Source of the DNA: a virus
Length of the DNA: 64,000 bases
IMG/VR virus record: IMGVR_UViG_3300045283_000116
Span: 20,693 to 84,692 of that record
Reading direction: 5' to 3' (one strand)
The translations under genes were made by a program, and so were the position numbers. Positions 39,774 through 49,250 of the stretch are shown here, one piece after another. The notes beneath the pieces are model-generated. The model ran no database searches. It saw only the letters and a program-made list of their open reading frames with translations, and had not been told where the DNA came from. How positions within the stretch are numbered: the stretch's first letter is position 1; each line of letters starts with the position of its first letter.

Positions 39774-40431
39774 ACTGTTCGCCTACGAGGCGTGGCCTCC
39801 CCGTTCGATCTGGGGCGAGCACGCGGCGCAGGGTCAGAACCCGTACGACACCGTCGACTTCCACGTCGACCTGGGCTGCGGAACCTTGCCGAAGGGTCGG
39901 ATTGGAGTCGACCGCTACCGCGCGCCGGGCGTCAACGTCCTCGCCGACCTGGATGCGGTCCTGACGTACGCGGTTCCAGTGGTGCCTGGTGGCGAGGCGG
40001 GACCGGGGGCCGTGCCTGGCCCCGGACTCCCGTTCGCGGATAGCTCGATCCGGTCGATCATCTCCCACCACGCGCTCGAACACATCGGGGACGGGTTCCT
40101 CACGCTCATGGAGGAAATCCATCGGGTGCTGGTACCGGGCGGTTTGCTGCGGGTCATCACGCCCGCGTTCCCCTCCTGGGCAGCGGTCGGTGACCCCGAC
40201 CACCGTCGCTACTTCATGGCCGATCCGTCGACGGGCGCGTCGACGTGGGACGCTTTCTTCGTCGACGGCAACGGCCACTCGTGGCTTTCGGAGTTCTCCG
40301 TCCCCTACATCGGCACGGCGAAGTTCATGCGACTCGAGTTGGACGTGACCCCGACGCCCCCCCTGGAACTGCAATGGACGGCCGAGGACAGACGAGAGAT
40401 GCGTATCGCTATGGCGGCCTGGAAGCCCTGA
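39757..40431 (+). CDS. class I SAM-dependent methyltransferase
   Basis: VDLGCG, LPFADSS, HALEHI, EIHRVLVPGG, DPDH. Confidence 0.85.
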   Translation: MNVNTELFAYEAWPPRSIWGEHAAQGQNPYDTVDFHVDLGCGTLPKGRIGVDRYRAPGVNVLADLDAVLTYAVPVVPGGEAGPGAVPGPGLPFADSSIRSIISHHALEHIGDGFLTLMEEIHRVLVPGGLLRVITPAFPSWAAVGDPDHRRYFMADPSTGASTWDAFFVDGNGHSWLSEFSVPYIGTAKFMRLELDVTPTPPLELQWTAEDRREMRIAMAAWKP

Positions 40432-40527
40432 GCCATCACTTCGATCCGTCCTACGCTTGGCCGGTCGGTTCTCGCGTCTGCGTTTGCGGTCGCCATGAAG
40501 ATCATTCGATCCACCTAAAATCACTGC

Positions 40528-40953
40528 ATGGCACCACTACCGACACGCCGAATCACAGCCACGTCCTGCGAGGTCATCACGACCGGGCTGGGCAAGAACA
40601 ACAGGGAGTACACGATCTACGAGATCGCGGCCCGCGGTGAGGACGGGCTCGAGATCACCGAGAACCTGCGGTCGTTCGAGAAACTGCCGTTGGACGTACT
40701 CATCGAGGTCGAGGTCGAGTCGTTCAGCAGCGACCGCCACGGGCACTCGTACACGCTCAAGCTGCCGCGCAACTCGGAACACAAGGCCGAGAATCAGTCG
40801 GGCTCCGGGCTGTTGGAGCTCATCCGCACCCAGCTCACCGAGCTCCGCACCGAGCTCGAGCTCCTGAAGCCCCAGGTCCGCCAACTCAGGACTCAAGTCG
40901 CAGAGTTACGGGGCGAAGAAGCGCCCCGAGACGAGACCGAGGTCATCCTGTGA
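40528..40953 (+). CDS. hypothetical protein (OB-fold-like plus coiled coil)
   Basis: 141 aa. Confidence 0.5.
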   Translation: MAPLPTRRITATSCEVITTGLGKNNREYTIYEIAARGEDGLEITENLRSFEKLPLDVLIEVEVESFSSDRHGHSYTLKLPRNSEHKAENQSGSGLLELIRTQLTELRTELELLKPQVRQLRTQVAELRGEEAPRDETEVIL

Positions 40954-41654
40954 GCCACGCGACGTGCTGCGTGCTCTCCTACAACCGACCGGAGTTCCTG
41001 TCTCGCAGCGTCCTGTCGATGATCCAGAACGCCGACGAGCCTTTCGAGTTGATCGTCCACGACGACGGCAGCAAGGACGCGGTCGACATGCGCGTCGTGC
41101 TCGACTGGTTGCAGTACGTCGTGGGGGCGACCGTCATCCGCAACGCTCCCGGCCACAATCAGGGGCAGGGTGTGGCGCTGAACCGCATGTTCGGGATGGC
41201 GACCGGCGACCCGATCTACAAGCTCGACCACGACCTGACGTACAAGCCGGGGTGGCTGAGCCGATCGAAGCGGCTGATCCTCGGCAACCCGAAGATCGGC
41301 CTCCTGGGCCTGTTCCACTACTACTACGAGCCGTGCGACTCCCGTCGCACGTTGATCGAGGATCACGAGGAGTGGAGCTCACGCACCCACATCCTCGGTT
41401 CGGCGTTCGGGGTTCGCCGCCACTGCTGGGACTGGCTCGGCCCGTTCGATGAGCACCGCGCCGACTTCGGTGAGGACTGGTGGTTCCAGAAGCGGGTCAC
41501 GGCAAGCCGCGACTACTGTTGCGCGTTGCCGAGGAGGGATCTCGTCGAGAACTTCGGCTTCGGGATCGGGCCGTCGACCGTGAACGTTGCGGCCAACACG
41601 CTCCAGGAGATTTACACCCAGCCGTACCTCATCGTTCCGCCTGGAGTCCCATGA
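40950..41654 (+). CDS. glycosyltransferase GT2
   Basis: SYNRP...VHDDGS...KLDHD...GED. Confidence 0.85.
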   Translation: MSHATCCVLSYNRPEFLSRSVLSMIQNADEPFELIVHDDGSKDAVDMRVVLDWLQYVVGATVIRNAPGHNQGQGVALNRMFGMATGDPIYKLDHDLTYKPGWLSRSKRLILGNPKIGLLGLFHYYYEPCDSRRTLIEDHEEWSSRTHILGSAFGVRRHCWDWLGPFDEHRADFGEDWWFQKRVTASRDYCCALPRRDLVENFGFGIGPSTVNVAANTLQEIYTQPYLIVPPGVP

Positions 41655-42541
41655 TCGGCATCGTCATCCCCGTGGGGCCGGGCCGCGAGAAGAACCTGAC
41701 CCAATGCCTGTTGGCGATCCGCAGCCTCGGTCGCGACCTGCCGCCCGTCGTGCTCGTCGGTGACGGCGTGGGTCCCGACGATCTGTGGGCCACGGTGCCA
41801 TTCGGACTGCCGGAGGTCGGCGTGATCGAGCTACCCAAGCATGTCCCCGGCATGGAGCAGCCGCGCAATCAGGGCGTTCGCTATCTCGCTGGGCGCTGGC
41901 CCGAGGTCACGTACGTGTGGTTCGTGGATTCCGACGTGGTGCTGGAGCCGTGGGCGCTGGACGCCATGCGCGATGCGATCGCCGACGGCAATGCCGGGAC
42001 GGAACCTCGGATTCTCGTCGGACCCTACGACTGGCTGCCGGAGGGTTGGCGGCCCGAGAGCGGGGTGGGCTGGTCGAGTAGAGGCGGCCTCCGCAACGAC
42101 CCCCGCTGGCCCGCCTTCGATACCAACGACCCGAGTCACGTGTTCAAGGGCGACCTCATGGCTGGGCTGGCCTGCTTCTCCGGCAACCTGGTGTGGCCGA
42201 TCGAGGAGTTCCAGAGGACCGGCGGATTCTGGTCGGAGCTTCACCACGGCCGCTGCGAGGACGGGGAGCTGGGCTTGCGGGCCGTGGCGATGGGCGTCGG
42301 AATCTCGATGGTGCGCGAGGCGCGCGGCTACCACCTGTGGCACCCGGTCGACACGCAGTTGGCCCTCGCGCGTAACCTGCGCGACGTGCCCATGCTCAAC
42401 ACGCGCCACCCCTGGGCCGAGGGTGCGGGCGTGGTGATGGTGGATCGGGACGGCAAGGCGTTCGACGTGCGCTGTTCGGGGTGCGGGAGGCTGGTCCCGA
42501 CGATCGGCTGGTGGGAGCACGCCGCCGCCTGTCATGAGTGA
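41651..42541 (+). CDS. glycosyltransferase GT2
   Basis: IVIP...RNQG...FVDSD...GGF...EDGELG.R. Confidence 0.8.
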   Translation: MIGIVIPVGPGREKNLTQCLLAIRSLGRDLPPVVLVGDGVGPDDLWATVPFGLPEVGVIELPKHVPGMEQPRNQGVRYLAGRWPEVTYVWFVDSDVVLEPWALDAMRDAIADGNAGTEPRILVGPYDWLPEGWRPESGVGWSSRGGLRNDPRWPAFDTNDPSHVFKGDLMAGLACFSGNLVWPIEEFQRTGGFWSELHHGRCEDGELGLRAVAMGVGISMVREARGYHLWHPVDTQLALARNLRDVPMLNTRHPWAEGAGVVMVDRDGKAFDVRCSGCGRLVPTIGWWEHAAACHE

Positions 42542-43325
42542 AATCCTGGTTGTAGTCCCGACCTACCTGACCGAGCCCGCGGACCTCGAGGTCACGCTGA
42601 AGATGCTCGAGTCCCTACGGGCCACGGAACCCGAAGTCGGAGTCGTGGTCGTCGACGACGGATCGCCCGCCGGGCAGCTCGTCGACGAGATCGAAGCCGC
42701 CAAGTCACGACTGGAGTTTGCCCTTATCCGCCGCCCCGTGAACGAGGGATTCGCCCGTACCGTGAACGTTGGACTGGAGATGGCACGCAACTCGGACCGC
42801 GACGCGATCCTGGTCAACGCCGACATCGAGTTCATCGACCAGAATTGGGCGCAGAAGATGCAGCAATGCCAGCGCTTCGACGGCCAAGGTCCGGCTGCCG
42901 TCGTCGGCGGACTGCTGCTCTACCCCACCGGCCTGATCCAGCACGCCGGGATCTTCTTCAGCCTCCTGCACCGATGTTTCGACCACCGTTACAAGTACGC
43001 GCCGCTCGATCTCCCCGAGGCGCTGGTGGCCGAGTCGTGCCCGGTCACCGGAGCGTTGCAGTTCATCCGCAACGACTGCCTCCAGATCGTCGGCCTCTAC
43101 GACGAGGAGTTCCGGCTCGGCTGGGAGGATGTGGACTATTGCTTGCGCGTGTTCATGGCCGGGGGCGAGTGCGTGTACGACCCGACCGTCCGCGCATTCC
43201 ACTACGAGTCGATGTTCCGCAGCAAGCCGTCCCCGAAGATCCAAGATTGGCAGGCTCGCTCATGGCTGTACCTAGTCCAGAAGTACAAGACCACGAGCTT
43301 CGCCCTGTGGGTGCCCGGCCTGTAA
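42534..43325 (+). CDS. glycosyltransferase GT2
   Basis: VVDDGS, NEGFARTVNVG, VNAD, EDVDYCLR. Confidence 0.9.
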   Translation: MSEILVVVPTYLTEPADLEVTLKMLESLRATEPEVGVVVVDDGSPAGQLVDEIEAAKSRLEFALIRRPVNEGFARTVNVGLEMARNSDRDAILVNADIEFIDQNWAQKMQQCQRFDGQGPAAVVGGLLLYPTGLIQHAGIFFSLLHRCFDHRYKYAPLDLPEALVAESCPVTGALQFIRNDCLQIVGLYDEEFRLGWEDVDYCLRVFMAGGECVYDPTVRAFHYESMFRSKPSPKIQDWQARSWLYLVQKYKTTSFALWVPGL

Positions 43326-43363
43326 GGAAGGCCGCGACTCCAGTCGCACTGACGGACGACGTG

Positions 43364-44392
43364 ATGACGGATCAGGTGGCCTTCGTCGGCCTGGGTGCGA
43401 ACGCCGTCTGCTGGTATCGGTGCGTCCTACCGGCAATGGCGATGGCGTCGGACTGGCTGGGCGTCGTCGGCCATCCACCGGAGATGCGCTTCGTCACTGG
43501 CCTCGTCAAGGGGGCCACGGTGCGGCCCGAGTGGGACGACTACAAGCTGGTCGTCGTGCAGCAACCGCGGGGTCGGGGCTGGGCGCGCTGGATTCAGGGC
43601 GCTCGCGAGCGCGGGATCAAGGTGGTCTACGAGATCGACGACTACGTGCACGGCATCGCCCGGATGCAAGACCACGACTACCGTCAGCACTTCGACAAGA
43701 AGGGGCTCGCCGAGATGGAGCTCTGCATGGCGCTGTCCGACGCCATGATCTGCTCGACGGAGTACGTCGCTCGTCGCTACCGCAAGTACAACAAGCACGT
43801 CTACGTCTGCGAGAACGGGATCGACATGTCCCGCTACCAGCTAACGCGGCCCACGCGCAGGACCGTGAACGTCGGCTGGGCCGGGGCGACGGGCCATCAG
43901 CGCTCAGTGCTGGGCTGGCTGGAGGCGGTGGGGCACGTCATGGAGCGCCACGATGACGTGTGCTTCATCAGCATCGGGCAGGCGTTCGCGGACTACTTCG
44001 TGCCGCAGTTCCCGAAGCGGGCGCTCAGCGTGCCGTTCACGCTCGTGGATATCTACCCGGCTGCGATGACCATGTTCGATATCGCCCTGGCTCCGGCCGG
44101 GCCTGGCAATTTCTTCCGGGGAAAGAGCGATTTGCGTTGGCTGGAGGCGGGGGCGCTGGGCATCCCGACCATCGGGTCGCCGATCGTGTACCCCCGCATC
44201 GAGCACGGCATCACCGGATTCAAGGCGGAGTCTCCGGGCGATGTCGAGGGGCTCCTCGAGCTGCTGGTGACCGACCGGGAACTTGCGACTACGGTCGGGG
44301 AGAACGCTCGCCGCTACGTCGTCGAGGAGCGCACCATCGAGGCGATGTCGGCGTCCTGGATCGAGGCGTTCCGGGACATCCTCGACACGTAA
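43364..44392 (+). CDS. glycosyltransferase GT-B
   Basis: YEIDD, VGWAG, DIALAP...KSDLRWLEAGALGIPTI. Confidence 0.85.
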   Translation: MTDQVAFVGLGANAVCWYRCVLPAMAMASDWLGVVGHPPEMRFVTGLVKGATVRPEWDDYKLVVVQQPRGRGWARWIQGARERGIKVVYEIDDYVHGIARMQDHDYRQHFDKKGLAEMELCMALSDAMICSTEYVARRYRKYNKHVYVCENGIDMSRYQLTRPTRRTVNVGWAGATGHQRSVLGWLEAVGHVMERHDDVCFISIGQAFADYFVPQFPKRALSVPFTLVDIYPAAMTMFDIALAPAGPGNFFRGKSDLRWLEAGALGIPTIGSPIVYPRIEHGITGFKAESPGDVEGLLELLVTDRELATTVGENARRYVVEERTIEAMSASWIEAFRDILDT

Positions 44393-44504
44393 GACCGGAC
44401 TCCCGTCGGAGCCTGCGCTACGCTCCGCGCAGGCTGGCTGTGCAACTTGGACCGGAACCCTTCCCGCGAAGTGCGGTGCCGGGGTCGCCGGTCCTTCGCC
44501 TTTT

Positions 44505-45104
44505 ATGGCACCCCTACCGGAGCACATAGACGCTGTGATTGGCCGCTACGAAGGGCTGATCTTCCGTCACGCGACACGCATCGAGCACATCGTGGAGATA
44601 GAGCTTGACGACATTCGCGCGATCTACAGGGTCAAGACGTGGTACGCGCTGGAGCGCTTCGACAGCGGGCGCGGTGGCGGACCGGGATGCGCCCGGTCCA
44701 ACGGAGGATGCCGCTGCGCCCGGTGCCGTTTCGTGTTCATGTGCCTCAAGAACATGGAGAAGGATCTGCTCAAACGGGTCCGGCGTCGCGAGGTGTTGCT
44801 GGAGGACGCGGCCCCCAGCTCGCAACCGCAGTCGCGCGATCGTTTCGAGCAGCGCCACGGACTCTCGGTGTCGCACGACGAGGTCTACGGCGAGGTCGAA
44901 GACGACCTGCTGCTGCCGTCGACGCTCTCGCGCGGGGAGCGTGCGACCGTCCTCGCACTCATCGACGGCGCAACGCAGGCGGACATTCGCCGAGCGGCAG
45001 GCTTGTCCCGCGGCGAGATGGACCGGGTGATGATGGGTATTCGGTTGAAGATGGCTGATTGGAAGCCGTCGAGCACCTACGCGCCCGCCCTCGTCGCCGC
45101 CTGA
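44505..45104 (+). CDS. phage sigma70-family (ECF-like) sigma factor
   Basis: Region-2-like ELDDIRAIY..WYALERFD..FV..LKN..KDL; region-4 HTH LSRGER...GATQADI...GLSR. Confidence 0.7.
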   Translation: MAPLPEHIDAVIGRYEGLIFRHATRIEHIVEIELDDIRAIYRVKTWYALERFDSGRGGGPGCARSNGGCRCARCRFVFMCLKNMEKDLLKRVRRREVLLEDAAPSSQPQSRDRFEQRHGLSVSHDEVYGEVEDDLLLPSTLSRGERATVLALIDGATQADIRRAAGLSRGEMDRVMMGIRLKMADWKPSSTYAPALVAA

Positions 45105-45105
45105 A

Positions 45106-45168
45106 CTTCCTTCCACGGTCCTTCCATTCCTTTCCACGGTCCTTCCACGACCTTTCCACGGCTGGAAA
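45106..45168. repeat. helically phased TTCCA(CG) array
   Basis: Copies at 45111, 45122, 45132, 45143 and 45154. Confidence 0.85.
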
Positions 45169-45226
45169 CCCTCTCGGCTAAGCTCCGACTGGAGTCTAAA
45201 CTTCGTGGCGAAAGAGAGAGAGGCGG

Positions 45227-46225
45227 TCATGCCGCCCGCTCCCACTCCGGGACCAGCGCGGCGGAGAACTTGGCCCTGCTGCCGCGCGATGCGTCCTGGA
45301 GGTCTGTGCCCGCAATGCGAGCGTAGGCGAGGGTCTGGTGGACGTTGGTGTGGCCGAGGATGCGGGACACCTTCTCCAGCGGCATCCCGGCGCGCAGTAG
45401 CTCGGTCGCCGCCGTGTGCCGCAGTCGCCGGAAGGACCAGCGCTTGCCGTCCACGTTGTCGAGGAAGTGCCGGAACGAGTCGCGGAGCATCGGCTCGCCC
45501 TTGCGAAAGCGATGGACCCACATCAGGTCGTGATCGCAGTCGAGCGTTGCGCGGAACTCCCACCAGCGCGTCACCGCCGTGTGCATGTGCTCGGTCGTCC
45601 ACGGAACGTTGCGAACGCGGGTGTAGCCGCCCTCGTTCTTCGCCGCGCTGCTGACGCCGAGGAAGTCGTTGAGCGGATGGGCCTGGCGGACGGTGAGCCG
45701 CCCGATTTCCTCCATGCGCAGTCCGCCGTACAGCGCGATCGCGACGACAGCCTCCAACTGGAGTCGGGTGACGTGGCCGTGAAAGTGGCGGTACTGGATG
45801 GTGCCGTTGGCCCAGCGCTTGAGTCGCTGTGGTCCGGCGAACGGGTAGGTGCCCACGCCGCGCCACAGCTCGGCCACTTCCTCCACGGAGTACGGGTTCG
45901 GATTCATCTCACCGCGCGAGCCGCGCGGCAGGGGAACGCGGCGCATCGCTTCCACGGTCGCCGGGTCGACGCGTCCGGTCTCCGCCGCCCATCGCATGAA
46001 CGTCATCAGCATGTTGCGGTGCTTGCGCACCGTGGTCACCGCGAGCCCGCCCGCGACTTGAGTCGCAAGGAAGCCGCGCAGGATGTCGGCGTCGAGGAGA
46101 AGCGGGTCCGCGATCCCGGCGAACTCCATCGCGCCCACGATCACGCGGCGCGTGTCGATGATGCGCCGCGGGCTGATCCCGTTGTAGCGCTGGTACTCCC
46201 TGTCGAAGGTCGCGAGCGCGTTCAT
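45227..46225 (-). CDS. tyrosine recombinase/integrase (XerC/D-like)
   Basis: GGLRMEE, RRLRHTAAT, LGHT..QTLAY catalytic motifs. Confidence 0.9.
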   Translation of the reverse strand: MNALATFDREYQRYNGISPRRIIDTRRVIVGAMEFAGIADPLLLDADILRGFLATQVAGGLAVTTVRKHRNMLMTFMRWAAETGRVDPATVEAMRRVPLPRGSRGEMNPNPYSVEEVAELWRGVGTYPFAGPQRLKRWANGTIQYRHFHGHVTRLQLEAVVAIALYGGLRMEEIGRLTVRQAHPLNDFLGVSSAAKNEGGYTRVRNVPWTTEHMHTAVTRWWEFRATLDCDHDLMWVHRFRKGEPMLRDSFRHFLDNVDGKRWSFRRLRHTAATELLRAGMPLEKVSRILGHTNVHQTLAYARIAGTDLQDASRGSRAKFSAALVPEWERAA

Positions 46226-46377
46226 TTCTCCACGTCCTTGGCGCGCGGGTAGTCGCGTAGGTCGCGGCCCTCGCACTCCGGGCACCCCTCGCGCGGAATC
46301 TCGGGCGGCGAATGCAGGCCCTCGGCGTGCGCGTCGACCATGTCCTCCGCCTCCTCGCGCGTGATGATGTTCCTCAT
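46222..46377 (-). CDS. small hypothetical protein (CxxC)
   Basis: GGAGG RBS, coupled to the integrase. Confidence 0.55.
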   Translation of the reverse strand: MRNIITREEAEDMVDAHAEGLHSPPEIPREGCPECEGRDLRDYPRAKDVEK

Positions 46378-46534
46378 GCCGCCTCCTCGCTGACTGTCGC
46401 CCGATGCCACTTGCCGCACATCGTGCACTGGTAGGCGCACTGGTCCCTTGCGATTCCAGTCTCGGCCTTGATCTTGGTCGGCCACGCGCGCTTTGGCGCG
46501 CCGTCGCTGCGGAAGTGCTCTCCGAGAATCCGCG

Positions 46535-46786
46535 TCATGCCATCACGTCCACGGGGACCTTGCCGACGAAGGCGTCGGTCAGCGCTTCGCGCGCCGCCTC
46601 GCTGTCGAGGCTGTAGAGCGCGTCGAGCGCCCGCGCGGCCGCGACGATGACGCTGCGGGTCAGCGCCGGGTCGGCGAGCACGCGCGCCACCCGGTTGTAC
46701 GTGTCGTCACCGGGCGGCCCTTCGCTCGGTGGTGTCCACGTCGGGTAGCGATCGGTTCCTCGGTACTGCCGGGTCCATCTAGGCAT
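46535..46786 (-). CDS. hypothetical protein
   Basis: 83 aa in the coupled minus-strand array. Confidence 0.5.
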   Translation of the reverse strand: MPRWTRQYRGTDRYPTWTPPSEGPPGDDTYNRVARVLADPALTRSVIVAAARALDALYSLDSEAAREALTDAFVGKVPVDVMA

Positions 46787-47090
46787 CCTTGCCCTCCTCG
46801 TGACTCAAATCGAGTGTTTTCTCATCCCAGCCGACCATCGAGATCGTCAGGGTCGCGCCGTCGTCCAGCGTGAGGACCAGCTTGTGCCAGACGGTTCCGT
46901 CCAGTTCGCCGCCGACCGCAGTGATCGTGCGGCCGACGAGCTTGGCCCGCGCGGCATCGCGACCCTCCGCCTCTAGTTCCTCCATCCGCGTGCGGTAGGC
47001 GCGGTGCGCGCGGGTGTTCTGCTCGGCACGCCACGCTTCGACGCGCGTAATCTCGTCGTCGCTCGGCCTAGGGACGGTCGCCATCGTCAT
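46779..47090 (-). CDS. hypothetical protein
   Basis: 103 aa. Confidence 0.55.
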   Translation of the reverse strand: MTMATVPRPSDDEITRVEAWRAEQNTRAHRAYRTRMEELEAEGRDAARAKLVGRTITAVGGELDGTVWHKLVLTLDDGATLTISMVGWDEKTLDLSHEEGKDA

Positions 47091-47487
47091 CCTCCTCGTG
47101 CATCGTCTGACTCAAGTCGTGCTCTGCGAGCACCGCGGCCTGGGCCTCCTCGTCGCGCACCGCCTCGTTGAGCTTCTGCTCCACCGCTGCGTGGGCGGCG
47201 AGCGCCGAGGCGTACTCGACGTTGAGCTCCGCCTCGGGCACGTCGGGGAACTCGTGCGCCACGGTCGCGATGACCTGCGTGCGCGGGTAGATCCCGACTA
47301 GGAATCGCATCTGCTGTCCAACGGTGGCTAGCGCCATGAGTGTCTCCGGTACGTCGTCGTAGTTGTCGCCCACCGCGCCGGTCCATCCGGGCGGGGTTAC
47401 GCGCAGTAGGAATGCTGCGGCGAGCAGCGGGGTTGAGAAGCCCTCGCTGACCAGCCGGTCGTCGTAGTTCACGTGCAGGACCATCAT
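47068..47487 (-). CDS. hypothetical protein
   Basis: 139 aa. Confidence 0.55.
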   Translation of the reverse strand: MMVLHVNYDDRLVSEGFSTPLLAAAFLLRVTPPGWTGAVGDNYDDVPETLMALATVGQQMRFLVGIYPRTQVIATVAHEFPDVPEAELNVEYASALAAHAAVEQKLNEAVRDEEAQAAVLAEHDLSQTMHEEDDDGDRP

Positions 47488-47834
47488 CGGCCTCGCCTCT
47501 TTCGTGGTCGGCGGTTTGCTGACGGGCGTGCGCCTACGCGTTTCGGCTTTGCAAAGTCCTCGGTGGCGATGGCCTCGGCGAGCGACTCGAGGTCGATCAT
47601 TCCGACTTCAATCCCAACCTCTTTGCAAAGCACGCGCATCGCGTTCATCGCCATCATGGCCGCGACTTCGGGTCCAACGTCGCCCATGAGTACGCCGCCG
47701 CTGTTGACTTCGAGAACGTCGTCTGCGAACTCGACGCTGATGAGGTAGCGCATGTCCGCGTCGTCTATGCCCAGCGCCTCGGGCAGGGTTTCGCACACGG
47801 CGCGAACGATGCGCGCGGCTTCTTCCTTGGTCAT
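47484..47834 (-). CDS. hypothetical protein
   Basis: 116 aa, 4-bp overlaps. Confidence 0.6.
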   Translation of the reverse strand: MTKEEAARIVRAVCETLPEALGIDDADMRYLISVEFADDVLEVNSGGVLMGDVGPEVAAMMAMNAMRVLCKEVGIEVGMIDLESLAEAIATEDFAKPKRVGARPSANRRPRKRRGR

Positions 47835-48268
47835 CTCAGGTGCTCCTGGATCGGGTTGATGAGCGGGCCGATGGCCTCACCTTCGGGCCATGCGCGCCAC
47901 GCTCCGTGCGAAGCGACTCCGTCGTGGCGTACGAGCCGGGCTTGCCAGACCTCGGCGCGCTCGCGGTCGATCACGCACGCGACGACCATCTCGTGCTCGT
48001 ACATGCCGCCCTCGCCGTGGTTCCACGCTGCGAACGTCCAAGCCACAGACTCGGGTCGCATGATCTCGACGTACGGGAGGATCGCGTGCTCGAGCAGGAT
48101 CATGCGATCCACGCCGGGGTCGAAGAACGCTGGGTCGAGTCCGACGCCGTGAACCCGTCCGTCCACGTTGAAGTGGATCATCGGCAGGATGCCCTTCTCG
48201 TCACGGATCTGCGAGACGAGCATGGACGCTAGGCCCCTCACGGCGTCGGCGAACTCGCGGTAGTTCAC
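47831..48268 (-). CDS. hypothetical protein
   Basis: 145 aa. Confidence 0.6.
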   Translation of the reverse strand: MNYREFADAVRGLASMLVSQIRDEKGILPMIHFNVDGRVHGVGLDPAFFDPGVDRMILLEHAILPYVEIMRPESVAWTFAAWNHGEGGMYEHEMVVACVIDRERAEVWQARLVRHDGVASHGAWRAWPEGEAIGPLINPIQEHLR

Positions 48269-48293
48269 GACTAATTCTTCCGTCCGGGGGCGC

Positions 48294-48806
48294 TCATGGC
48301 GTGTCGCCGGGGTGCCAGCAGCGCAGCGACGCGGAATGAGTGACCGGGCCGCACGCGATGCTCGGCGTGGTCGGCGGCGGTGGCGGCGGCGCGGGCGTCG
48401 TGTCGATTCGACCGTGCGGGTGGGATGGCGTATCCGCGCCTACAGTCGCGAGATAGCGGAACTCCGCGAGCGGGCCACCCGCGGGGCCAAAGCAATACCA
48501 CTGGCTGCTGTAGTGGGCGACCTTGTAAAAGCAGTCCCACCTTCGGCCGACCGCGTACGGATGGAACTCGTCGATGTAGCCCGCGTAGATCGTGTCGCCC
48601 CTGAGCTGCATGGCGTGCAGATGCGACGAGAACTTGTGGAGCAGCGCGCCGGTCTGCGAGCAGTAGATGTGCCCTCGGGCTTGGGTCTTGCCGAACTCGC
48701 CGTGGATGCACGTGCTCCAGCCATACAGGCTCGCGTGCGCCGTTCCTGCAACTGCAAACGCGCCCACTAGCGCGACGATCATCGTGATCTTCTTCGTGTT
48801 CTTCAT
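48294..48806 (-). CDS. secreted Cys/His-rich protein
   Basis: Classical signal peptide ending in AHA. Confidence 0.65.
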   Translation of the reverse strand: MKNTKKITMIVALVGAFAVAGTAHASLYGWSTCIHGEFGKTQARGHIYCSQTGALLHKFSSHLHAMQLRGDTIYAGYIDEFHPYAVGRRWDCFYKVAHYSSQWYCFGPAGGPLAEFRYLATVGADTPSHPHGRIDTTPAPPPPPPTTPSIACGPVTHSASLRCWHPGDTP

Positions 48807-48831
48807 GCTTCCTTGCCTTTCGTTGGACCGG

Positions 48832-49191
48832 TCAGCCGCCGAGATCGGTCTTCGTCACGTCGATGACGCGACCGTTGCTGTAGGTGATCGTCACGGACTT
48901 GCCGAACAGCCTGCCGCCGTCCTTGACGTTGTAGGACTCGATCGCGGACGAGCCGAGCCCGTCGCTCGCCGAGTCGCTGACGATGTCGGGCTTCGTCGGA
49001 CTCAACGTGTGATGCACGGCACCGCGCGTCATGCCGGTGCGAATGCGGGCGACCTGCGCCGCCGTCGCCGCGCTGCGCTCCTGATCGTGAGCGACCTTTG
49101 CGGCACCCGCGCCGATCAGCGCGGCGCAACCGACGATCAGTAGCACGGCGCCGAGCATAAGCCCGACTGCAATCTTGAAAACAGTTTTCAT
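48832..49191 (-). CDS. membrane-anchored protein (BLIP/SmpA-like)
   Basis: N-terminal TM; RIRTGMTRGAV motif. Confidence 0.55.
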   Translation of the reverse strand: MKTVFKIAVGLMLGAVLLIVGCAALIGAGAAKVAHDQERSAATAAQVARIRTGMTRGAVHHTLSPTKPDIVSDSASDGLGSSAIESYNVKDGGRLFGKSVTITYSNGRVIDVTKTDLGG

Positions 49192-49250
49192 TGACTTCCT
49201 TGCCTTTGCTTGCGTCGACGCTCGTGCGCCGACTGGTTGATGGAGAGGCA

